Assembly: GCA_977030845.1 (NCBI GenBank)
Contig: OZ365112.1
Location: 8,370,001 to 8,434,000, forward strand
Origin: Fimbriosthenelais zetlandica
Lineage: Eukaryota
DNA length: 64,000 nucleotides
Direction: 5' to 3'
In this document: positions 24,201 through 36,200 of the stretch, one piece after another
Layout: each line of letters starts with the position of its first letter
Numbering within the stretch: the stretch's first letter is position 1
The notes under the pieces: generated by a model
What the model saw: the letters and a program-made list of their open reading frames with translations, nothing else
Database searches by the model: none
Told to the model about the DNA's origin: nothing
Position numbers and translations under genes: made by a program

Positions 24201-27200
24201 ATCTTCCTGCACCTTAGCAATGAATGGCTTGGGTTTGTCTTCATCTTGGCCAGCATACTCGGCCTTATAGAGGACATTAGGACGCATGTGGTGTACCTGA
24301 ATGGGGACCTGTTGGTGTTCAGAGGATCTTTGGGATGAGAATGGGGCAGGGGTAAATGTAGAGGGTGCAGCTGACACTGGCAGAGGGCGGGAGGCACGGG
24401 GATGATCTGAGCTGTGGTAGGGTTGAGCTGGAGAACCATACATATCACGGAAAATATCATGCACGCCAGCGGAGGAGGAGGTTGAGGAAGACATGGTTGG
24501 GTTGTGGTTCACACTCGCTGCTGCTACCTTATCTGGCTGTGGGCTGAGCACACTCGGAGAGGTGGTTCCTCCTCTGTAATAGAAAAGTATTAAAATTATA
24601 TACTGAACTTAATTAAATATTCAAGTAAATACAATAATACTATATCCTTATTATTCACTAAAAGCAAGCCAACCTCGGCCATCAACAATAGTACATGTTC
24701 AAAATGTGGCTCTTGGCCAACAATTTCAAACCAGGAAGGAAAATAAGTTAAAGACGAAGGCATACAAAGATGAATACAATAATCCCATGTTTCGGAAGCT
24801 ATTATGAAAGCTGATTCAAATATAGAGGAGATGATAGGAGATGATAAAAGATTGTCAGATTGCTCATAAAATGTGTAGGAATGCAATCTGAAGACACCTC
24901 AAAACACAAGTTCCACACTTACAGGACCATTAGGTTTTATCTTGGGTGGTTGGTAGCATTCTGGGCCACATCGTATGATCCGAGGAAAGGACCAAATGTT
25001 CAACATAGACACTTTTTCAGAGGGATATCTTAAGGGATATTCACATGGTATATTCGACTTGAAAACCCAGGATTGAGACGGGCTTGAGGATGGCAGAAAT
25101 TCAGGGTGGTTAACACAGTGTCTACAGAACAATACCATGGAATACACCCTGGATGATTAACTTCCACATATGTAGGCTTACTGTAGACTCAGGGACCTGT
25201 AGAAAGGACAGACTGGGTGTTTCACTAACTAATAGGTTTACAACACTTAATGTATGGTCAAACTCGTGGATTTTTGTTTACATTTATGATTAGTAGATGG
25301 GAGACCCTTAGGAGGTTCACTCATATGAAACCTACCCTCCAACCGTCATTCTCTCTCCCACTGATGACCTGAAATGTCAAACCTTCATATGTCAGGGTTT
25401 GAGAGAAGTTAACAGTTAGATCAGATCGAAAGTAAGGATGCTGAAACCTGCTACAGCCATAGTGTAAACATCAAAAGGTCAATAATATTGGAATGTTTCA
25501 CCACGAAGTTTCTTTCAATGTGGAGTCACTATGACTGTCAGGGAATACAAATTAGTAGCTGTCACAGTCCTGACAGTGCTGTCTCTGCATTGTCACTACT
25601 GGTAAAGTCACCTGTGAGTCATAAAAAAATCCCACATCTATCTTGACAATAATGTTTGACAACCACCCTAACACAATGCATACCTCCTGGGCATTTTCTT
25701 CCCACTTAATAAATAATTAACGTATAAAGATTATACCACAAAGTCTTAGGGAGAGTATAATGTGGATTCTTGGGGTACTAAATCTATATTTTGAGCCATT
25801 TTTGACCATTTATTGCGATCGATTGCATTGTTTGAAAGGCAGGAATGAATATTATCTCAGACCTAGGTGTTAAGGAGTTTGAAGGCGACACAAATTGCTC
25901 TGGGTCTGCCTGGTCTACCCTGGTGGTTGTGCTATACATAGAGGAGAGTGGTAGGTAGTGTATGTATGTGTCTAACAGCCCTGTGCTTCTCACTACTTGT
26001 ACTTCTTCTCCAGGGTCAAACATATATTACTCAACCTCATTCTTTACAAGAAGACAGCCTAGAACATACTCGTGTGATGCACAAAACTAAACTGTCAGCA
26101 TTTAGGCCTTGTCTCATAATTTGCATCAAGAAACTCAAACAATCCCTTGATCATATTTTGGGTATAACCCAAATATCTAACTCCCAACCAAAATATTTTC
26201 AACCCCAAGAACTAGAATATAATTATGATTACCAAGAACATTTTCAGAGGTTATATGAGTACCACCAGAGACAAAACATATAAGACACCTGTTGGATAAT
26301 TTTTTGTCGATTTTTTTTCCTCTGTGTACTAAGATCGACCCATGATAAACAGCACAGGTACTGGAAGTTGCATATTACGTCCCGAGTGACAGCTTTATCT
26401 CCCACATAGTTACTAAACACTTCTGTTCGATGAATTATGACCTTTTCTTCACTAACCATTTCCTGTTACCAGACGGTTGCAATTGAGTTAGCCTACTAAA
26501 GGCTGAAAGGAAGGGAAAGGAGGAAAATGTTAGTCCAATTCTCAAAATAAAATGAGATATCCTTTTTCTGTCAAGAGTTATATTCTGTTGAGAAATTAAG
26601 GATATAATGTAGTATAGTAGTATATTGTGCACAATACAGATTTGTTCTTTCTGATAGATATAAACTGCATATTTTGTACACAGAATAACCTTCCCACCTC
26701 TTTCTATGTTTTAATGGAGAAAGTAGCAAACGTCAGCAAATGGTTCCCATGCCTCACCTTCTTCATATATAATAGTATAATATTCTTGGCAACTGTATTG
26801 ACATTGGCTTGGGTCTCGATCAACCCCCAATCAAGCTGACATAGATATTTATACTCTGATTGACCTTTATAAGCTCCTCAGGGATACCCCTATGATCGGG
26901 AGGCTTTTATAGTGCATCATGTCGAACCAATAACGCCAGACCCAGATCAATCACATTATTTGGATTTGTTCTTGCCAAAACATGGCTGAGTTATTCTGGG
27001 GAGCATTTAGACTTCACTGAGTAGTCTTAGGAAGGCAAGCTGAAGCCATTCTAGACTTGCCCCATTCCTCAAGAGTGAGTAGACCTCCTGTTATCACATT
27101 CTTTCCAACTAACATGTGCCATGTGCTCTTGAAATGCTGCTATCTCTATCTCTTAGATGAGTGGGAGAACTAAGTACTAAGGCTTTTGCTCATGAATACA

Positions 27201-30200
27201 TTGGCCAAAAACAATCATTTAGTAAAATTTCGAGAGTATATGAAAATTCTCCCCCTAATTTAATGAATACCTTGCAATAAAAATTGCTGCAGGGAATTCA
27301 CTTTAGATAGATATGAATGTTCAAGCATACGTTTCTGAATGTATCTCATGGTATCAGTTCATCAGTTGCCAAAACCTGATAAGATGTAAACATTTAAGCC
27401 AGGAATTTGTGTATTTTGATGACGCAGGTGGAAAGCTAGCCAGTGTTCACATGGTACGGGGTATAACAGCATCTTACAACAAGGCTAATCACCCTAGTCC
27501 TAGCCAAAGGGTTAAATGTATCAAGTGGTGGGAAATGTACCTCTCACAGAACTACGCCCAGTACTTCTTCATCTTGTAGTAGTAGCCTTAATATTCAAGA
27601 CAACCCTCCAGATGTTTGTATACCTCATGAATCAGCAAATATATAATCCCAAAACAAATCAAGTGATATACAATACATTCAATGAGTAACAAGCAAATCT
27701 AAATATGAGTTCTTGATCATTATTTCACTTCGTAAGTCTCATTTTTTTCTGTTGGTGCCAACTGCTGAGGCCATGTTATTCCCCAATCTATGAATGGCTC
27801 ACAGACAGTTCCCAAGGTCTGTACAAGCTGATAAGAAAGTCTTAGATGCGTGGGCAGTGGGGCTAACCTAGGGCCGTGAGTACGATCTCTGGGAAACATA
27901 AAATTTCATCTTCACTGACTACTGCAGAGGCTTCCACAAGTAAACAGCATTGGGGGAGGGGGGGGGAGAGAGAAGAGCATGAAGGGAGGGAGGGTGAGAT
28001 GATGAAGGGAGTTGGTGATTTTCTATGGAAGCTCAAAATGCAATTGGAACTATGGAGAAGTATCAAAGCAACCTGGCCAAAATCAGATTGGAGAAGAGGC
28101 AATTTGGTGAAATAGGATATGGGTTCCAATGCTTCTCGAAACCTGAGCTTCAAAGGATCCAAGATCATATTAATTAGGCCTATATTTTGACATATGGCTA
28201 CAATTGACTTTCCATGCATTTTTCGCCTGTTTGAGGTGAGAAGAGGGGTGGGAGATATGAGGTGGACTTCAAGATATATGTTTTGGGTGTGTGAGAGAAC
28301 TGGTCGGTACTCCTCTTATACTAAACCATGGGCTGAGGGTCCATTTAGTACTGGCCTCTTCAATTTAGGTCGCCTGGCTTGGCTACCAGACAGCCAGCCA
28401 TTGCTTCACTTCATACAGCCAAGATATTGGTAGAAAATGTCAGTCTGGCTAGGGAAATCTCAAAACTACAAAACTATTCAGAAACTATCGAGTAATAAAC
28501 TGTATTGACCATCTGAAAAGCCTCATTATACCAGCAGGGTATCTGCAGATACATGGATATGGATAAATATTTAAGATGCTACAGAACACTATAAATGCAA
28601 TGACGTGTCACTGCAGTTCATGGGCTGTCAATGCTACGCAATTGAGTAACTTGAGTCAACTAGCTGTTGACTTTGTAATAGTGACTCGAGGGTATTTAAT
28701 AGTAGGAAAGAGAGCATTGCAATGGTGTGTGGCTTTTTCTTGGGGTCCCAATGCCTCGCAATTGAGGCACTCTCTTTTGAATTCTAAATGATGCTTCAAG
28801 AGTACATATAATAGTGACAGCCATTAATTACATCTGATAATTTTTGGTATTTTAGAGCTCAGAGATACTCTCCCAAAACAGTCCATGACAGAAGATGACA
28901 AGGTAATTAATTTGGCGAGAGACAAAGTTCTGGGCCAGTCTCCATGTTTTTAATTCTCGTCACATTGAGTCATGATGACATAAAAACCAAACATACAACC
29001 ACAAGTTGTGTAAAGCAGTTGTGACTCACTCACTGGCTTATCTGTCAGCCTCATCTTATTTATGAATTAGTCATTGTAATGTGTATTTATCCACTGTCAT
29101 ATGAAGACGTCAAATGTGCCTAAAATGTGACACAAAATAACAAAAGTGAGATGGAGTCAATATGGAGGTCAAAAGCTGCAGACGCCGACAAACAAGAGTT
29201 GGTTGGTGGGGATTGACTGTATGGCCACACAGAGGGAAAATCTGTATCAGCATTATGAACTCTATCATATTCCATTAACCTCATGGGGTGCACAAAGGTC
29301 AGGGAAATGAATGTGAAGAATGGACTCATTATATACAAATGTAAATGAATGAAGGACATTTCAGTCAAAAAGATCATAGAGGTCATGTCAACAAGGCAGT
29401 GGTTGAAATCTGAAGGGGACATCTCGCTCCCTCCCTCCCCTTCTCTCTGTCTTCTATGTATAAGATAAATTATGACATAATAAATAATAAAATAACAGGT
29501 TATTACGTGATAGACACAACCATATATTCATCAGAATTGTTTGTGTTAAGTTTGTCCTGGAATGTATTCAAATCATTCAATTTAATATAGAACATTCTGA
29601 ACAACACCCATATATTCAAATCTTCTTTCTCACAATTCTCCTAAGACTGTGCAAGCATTGGGTAGTGTCTCAGTCTAATTCTCCTATATTTAGCATTGGA
29701 AACCCGACATCAAGTACTCTGATCTCACTTTATCATTGCATGGAGAGCGTACGGTCTAAAACTATGTTTGTGTCACGTCTCATCAGTAGAGGGAGTCTCT
29801 AATTTTTCCTGACGGCAAATCGTCAGAGAAAGCAGGGTTACTCTAGCTGACATCGTCACGAAACACGAGCCTTAACAATGTGTAGTTTAAGTATCAAAGT
29901 TCTCTTTTAGGGAGTTTCCAGCGACATCAAATCAGTTTGATTTGGTCATAAGTCACCAAGACTGTCACACCAAATTAGGGTCACATTGGAAGGAAATTTA
30001 GCTCAAGGATTGACACTTGAGTCATACAGTTAAAGGAGTGACACCCTCATAATACTAAAATCCAAGAAAAGTGTTCTAAAATGAAAGTAAACTGACATAA
30101 TATCATCATCAGATCCACATGAAACTGAATAAAAAATACCAAAACATCAGATGTTGATCAGGAAGTGGCTTGGTCATTACTGTGGACACTGCCCACCTCC

Positions 30201-33200
30201 ATGTTATTCCGGGTGTAAACCAGAGTGTGATGGTGCTGAGTTGTGTATATTATTTGGATTACAAACACGTGTGGATTCCACCTAACCTTATTACCGGGGC
30301 AAGGTTAATACACTCAAATCCAATATCTACTTCCATCACAGAGTATACCCTCTCAAAATCACCAACTTCAATGAGTTCAATCTCAAGATAAAATGAGCCA
30401 AAATTTGCTAAACATCCGGGTGATTTTGGTAGGTTATCTTCTATGTACACACCTCCACCATATCACCTGTACGTACGTAAAGGCCCGCCATCTTGTTCCA
30501 AGGATAGAAAGGACACCACCCTAAGCTACTAAAGCATGAGTAGCTCAACCTATACCCTCCCTATTCCCTGTACTTAAACCAACAAAACTTCTATGATAAT
30601 TCAAAATGAAGATGGCAATGAGAGATTAATATAAAATAGACTTACTTTCGAATGTGGAGTTGGAGGAGATTGCCGGCCGCTTTGATGTAGTACTGGGCCT
30701 GGTCGTGAGTGAGGGAGGCTGTATCTGCCTCACCTAGACGGAGAATTACATCCCCAACACTCACCCCCGTGGACGCTATGCTACCGGGAGACACCTGGTA
30801 GACGGGTAAAAACAAAGGCATATTTGGAGCAGGGTAAACCTATATGTAGAACATGCTCCCTCAACCAACCACTCACTATACACTATACATGCTGGCTAGG
30901 TGTATGTGTGTATTGCTCATACATACAAATGACCCCTGAGTTACTCTCAAAATTACAATACAAACATTGACCAAAGCATTTTTGAACACCTGAGGTCATC
31001 ATACCCCATTGGAAGCATGCAGTGTATGGGGATTAAAGGTGCAGAGTGGTCTGGATGGATCAAGATGGACTATAAAGATAATGGCTGAGGCTACCTGAGG
31101 GATCATCTCTACCTGAAACCTTCATAATGTGGTGAGACCAACAACCAACCCAGTTTACTTCAAGAGATCAAAAGGATCATACAGGTGGGTTTCCATCAAA
31201 TTTACTTTACTCTTTTTCTTATCTCTGACCCTCACTTTGTACCTGAACTCTGCTCTCTGTCCATCTCAATCCTTCCAGGACTTTCTGTCCCAATCTGTCA
31301 CTCTCTGATTCTGTCCATTTCTCCCTGTCTGTCTCACTGGTTATTTGCCCTCTTTTCCCTTTGTCCATTATTGTTAAATGTTCCAAAGTTAGTATTGTTA
31401 AATGTTCTAAAGTTAGTATTGTTAAATTTCTAAAGTTAGTAGAGATTTAGGTGAAATGTATAATCAAAATTGAATTCACTTGATTTCAATTTCCTTTTAA
31501 TATAACTGCCCAGACTTTCATCCCCAACTTGGTGATGATTCCAAAGATCTCAGGTAAAAATAGGCGTACTATGTATTTGACAGGTCAGAAAACAATGCAT
31601 ATTTAAGTCTGTATAGTCTGGTGAATTATGAATTTGTCAAGTCATCAATATGTGTCAATTGTTCCAGCATGGCATGGAGGGGCCAATACCCCTGCTGCTG
31701 ACAGGCATTTAACTTCTAATTGACCCGGATATGGGCAGAAGGATATCTTCCTGGACAATTATACACTCAGTCCCACTGGTAATTAGCAAGACATGATGAT
31801 GACCCCTCATCATGTTAAAATTTAATTCTGGGTCTACTAACTACATCCATAACGACACTCATATCTCATCATCTTTTGTTATCATGAAGGATAAAATATT
31901 ACACAATCATAAATCAAGGGTATAGACTAAATGTTCTATGAAAACAAAGTAATTTTATAGGCTTCTAAGTCCGTTTATGTTTGTATTTTAGCTGGCATCA
32001 TAAAGTATTTGTTGCATTTACATGCAAAAGTTTTGGATTTCCATTCATTATTATGCTTATGACAAACCATTTCAATATACAAGTAATTTGAACTTGTATC
32101 CCGTTTCAATCTCCCTTCTCTGGAAGGCTATTTATACAGTGCCTTTTGCATAACATTTGGCTTTTCTACGCAGAAGCATTCCTTTCTTTGTGGATCCTCT
32201 AGCCCTCTTTATCCCTATTTTTATTTCAATTCATAAACTGATGAGTAAGCATAGTTTATGTGCATCTTCATATCCAGACAAATATGGAAATGACCAAGTA
32301 ATCATATGCACCCAGAAAAACAGTAATTCATTCATTCACTACTTATTTACTCACTCTCTCATTACTATAATCAGTCATTCATGCCTCGGCCCATTTTTCT
32401 CCCACCCTTGATATCCCCAGTAATTTCTACCACATTTTGTCAGTAAGCTCCTATGCAAGGGAACCTTGGCATAAGGAAATGTAGTTTGGCAAATCCTCTA
32501 CATCCGGTTTTTATTCTATTATACCATAGGGGGAGCTAGCTGCTGCCATAGGAAAAAGTAAACTGCCCAGTGAACCTCTCTATCAACACCGTCATCCCTT
32601 TAAACCGCAACTAAAACAATCCACTCGAAAAACAAATATTTGTTATGTATTTAACTTCTGTTGATTATTTAACAGGGTGTGTATATATGGGGAAGCGGTA
32701 AGGATCGGTTGTCCCTATGTGTGAGAGAGTACATATGGCCCTGAATACAGGTGACAAGTCTTTTACACACAATAGAATACTTAAGCTCCCCCCGGGGCTT
32801 CAATGCTAACAATAGGTGTGACATCACCAACAGATAGTGTACTCTCAGAACCAACCTGTCTATCAAAAGTTACCAAGTGTGTAAAAGAAATCTAAAATCT
32901 TTATAATTGTGTCACTTAATGCCAGGCATGTATCCTTATAAAATGAGCAGTTTTAATCGCTCATATCAGTGGCACTCAATAGTTTCCCAAACAGGTGCCA
33001 AGGTTGGAACAAGTGTGGCTGTTCTGCTTGGTTGGTTCCTATTGTAAACATTCAGGTAATAATTACCGCTAAGGTCTATACAAGTGAGGCAGCTACCACT
33101 GGGAGCAAGGCCTCAAGGCCCTCCTCCCTCCCTCACTCCCTCCCACACAAAGGGCTATGCCCCCTGGAGCAAAGGTCGTCCATTATTTTAGCAAGCATTG

Positions 33201-36200
33201 CGTGTATGTCATGTACGCCGACTGTCATGCTAACGTAAGCTATCCTCGAGTGTCATCACTTGCTTTGATCACTAGCTCTTGGTGTCAGTATTTGACAGAG
33301 CTTCTACTAATTCACATTAAGATTTACTGTGGTTTTATTGTTCACATGTTGAATGCTGCCATTTAAAAAAACGGATTCAGTCAAACTTTGATCTTTGGGT
33401 TTCTAAAAAGTCATATATTTACTCAGAGGTTCTCTCAGTGGTCATAATATCCTTCCAATCAAGGCATTAGATGCCAATGACAGTCCTGAGGTCACTTGAG
33501 CTTTTCTCGAGGGTGGGGGTGGGGGGCAATGTTCATATCAAATCAGTTTCATCAGCCAAGGAGGTGAGCTGGCATAGAACCCTGTATCATAGACGTCAGA
33601 ACCAGAGGTTTTACATAAGTCATTGCAGATGTGTGTAAATACCTTGGCTCATTTCAAGCTGAAGATTCCAGAGTTTTTAATAAAAATACTGCATTATATA
33701 CAGACCCATCACTGTTCCCATAGATCCATCTTCCAATGTATTTTTCCTAAATAATATAACATTAAAAAGATGGAATAGATTTTTTTTATAAATGTCATAG
33801 GTGGAAGTCACCTATGGGCATTATCACCTATCCCAACTACTCTGTCCCAACATTGATAGCTTGTCAAGCCCAGGGCATTGTTTTAAGACCTCAGTAAATC
33901 TCTTGAGGTTTTGACACGAGACTTCAACATGTCACCAACCCTTGTATTATATTTTAGGGACCTCTGACAGAAGAAAAGCCTGCTGATGGGAGGAGGGCCT
34001 GTGATGGTCAATATGGGACAAACTCAACCGGGAGGAGGCCAGAGTGACAAGGTAAATTGATTTCTCTTACTTTGTTGTACAGGTGCCAAACTAGAGAGGG
34101 ACTTGGGCCATGGTAGGACAGTTGGTCCACTGAAATATAGCAGGGCATTTCCCCTCATATTAATAATGTATAACCTAAATTATTTTTATCTATCATTCTC
34201 CCATTTGCTTCTCCAGTGCAGTCATGTCAAAGCTACCTTTACTTAAACATTATTTACCTGATGTTTTGGGATGTATATGAATCCTTTAGGTTTTACTTAA
34301 GCAATATCTGACTCAATTATCACGGGATATTTCTGGGTAATTCGAGGTAATAATATCCAAAGATCCAATTGAGTAACTCAACTCCAGCTCCTCAAAAAGG
34401 AGCAGCTGTCAGAACTCTAATATCCAAATCACATCGTCAGAGGGATCTTATCCCCTCTTAACGATCTGAGATTATTTTCCTTTAAATAATTCCTTTAAGG
34501 ATAACTTTTTTGACATTATGTCCAACATCCTCTAAATCCTTTCTGGTATTCATTTCCGTGGGAACACCATCCTGATATGTGAATGGTTATACATAAGTCT
34601 CAGATTATTGTTGATGGTAATCCATTCAGTGCATAGTAACAACTGTTGGTCTCCCTCGCTACTCTCGCAATATAAAGAATACAATGTGATGCTCCAGCAC
34701 TGTAAGCTGGGACGAGTGTGAAATGTAATGGTTCTTGGGAGGAGGAAGAATCACATGCGACCCAGTGACCCATTCAGGTTGACTGAAGCTAGAGTCAGTC
34801 AGTGGCTGATCCCACCAACATGCACACTATAGGAAAGTTCCTGGATCGAATCAACAGCTTCCAACAGCCTCCCCAATACCTTCCTCCCCTCACTCGACAC
34901 CCATCCACCCACCTACCCAGTCATCTAAATCTTTTTTCATACAGACCTGACAAGGTCAAGGCGATTATTGAATTTATTTTATTTTAAGATTTATTTTAGT
35001 TTCTTTTCAAGAAACCTCGGTATCATTTCAAACCATCTTTCTATATAAATTGATAATATTCTTATTATATTTAATCTATTTAATTAATCATTGCAACACA
35101 TTCTTTGAGCGATGACATACATGAATATTAAGTCTGTATTAGTATAGACATGTTGATTATAATTGAAATATTGTTTCATAATTGAAATATTATTCGATAA
35201 TGTTATCAAAACAATGTTATCAATGATATTATGAGATAGGAGTGAGTAAGTGGGAGCTATTCTGAGCCAGCAAGGTTTTAAGTTCAGTCCCGGATATTGC
35301 TCAGCTCTAACCTCATGGCTGAGGGCCTCCTCCCCATCTTGCGGTCTGAGGTGCAACTACTGCCATCACGAATGGTCTTAACTCATTAACGATGATTACC
35401 ATGTCATTGACTGATGAGAATAACTCATTATGGGGGCGACAGGAAGGCTCGCATTTAAAGCATGAATAGGTTGAGCTCATTAACACAAACAGAATATACG
35501 CGTCACAATAATATACAGAATGGGAAGTAATGGAAAACTAGTTTTGTGGAAATAAGATTGTCACGATTATGGAGTGTGCCGAAACATGTTTGTGGTAAGA
35601 ATGGTTTGGCAGTTATAAAGTCAGCACCAACTGTATTAATATTGCAAATGTAGATATACAAAGCCCTAGGCTGACAGTTAAGGATATTTAGATGAAAGTT
35701 CATGACCATCATTATGCAGATTGTTCTAAGTCAGATATTGATCAAAATCCTTCTGTGATTTTATCTATACGTGTTAAATGCTTTCAAATAAGAAGCATGA
35801 CAACACAGTGTGTAACACAATATTATATATAGGGGCCATAATGGCAATATAAAACAGGATTCAAAATCATCAAGATTGATGTCATATATCTCGAGATTTC
35901 ATCGATTGTGGGTCTATATGACTCAGAATAGATTATGTTGAGCATGAAATAATTCCCATTGAATGACCATCTATTAAATAATGTTACCAGGGGCAACAGG
36001 ACCTTTACTTCACCATGATACATGCATGATTCACAGCTCTTGACGTCCCATGGCACCACCCAATTTTTTGAGCCACTTTTTCCAGCTTCCCCCTTTTGGT
36101 CCATCACTTATGGGTCAAAGATCTTTCCCGGGGGCTAGGTTAAAGCGGAGGCGGGGGTTGTACTGAACTATTAGAAAAACATTAAGGAAAAATTGCCATA

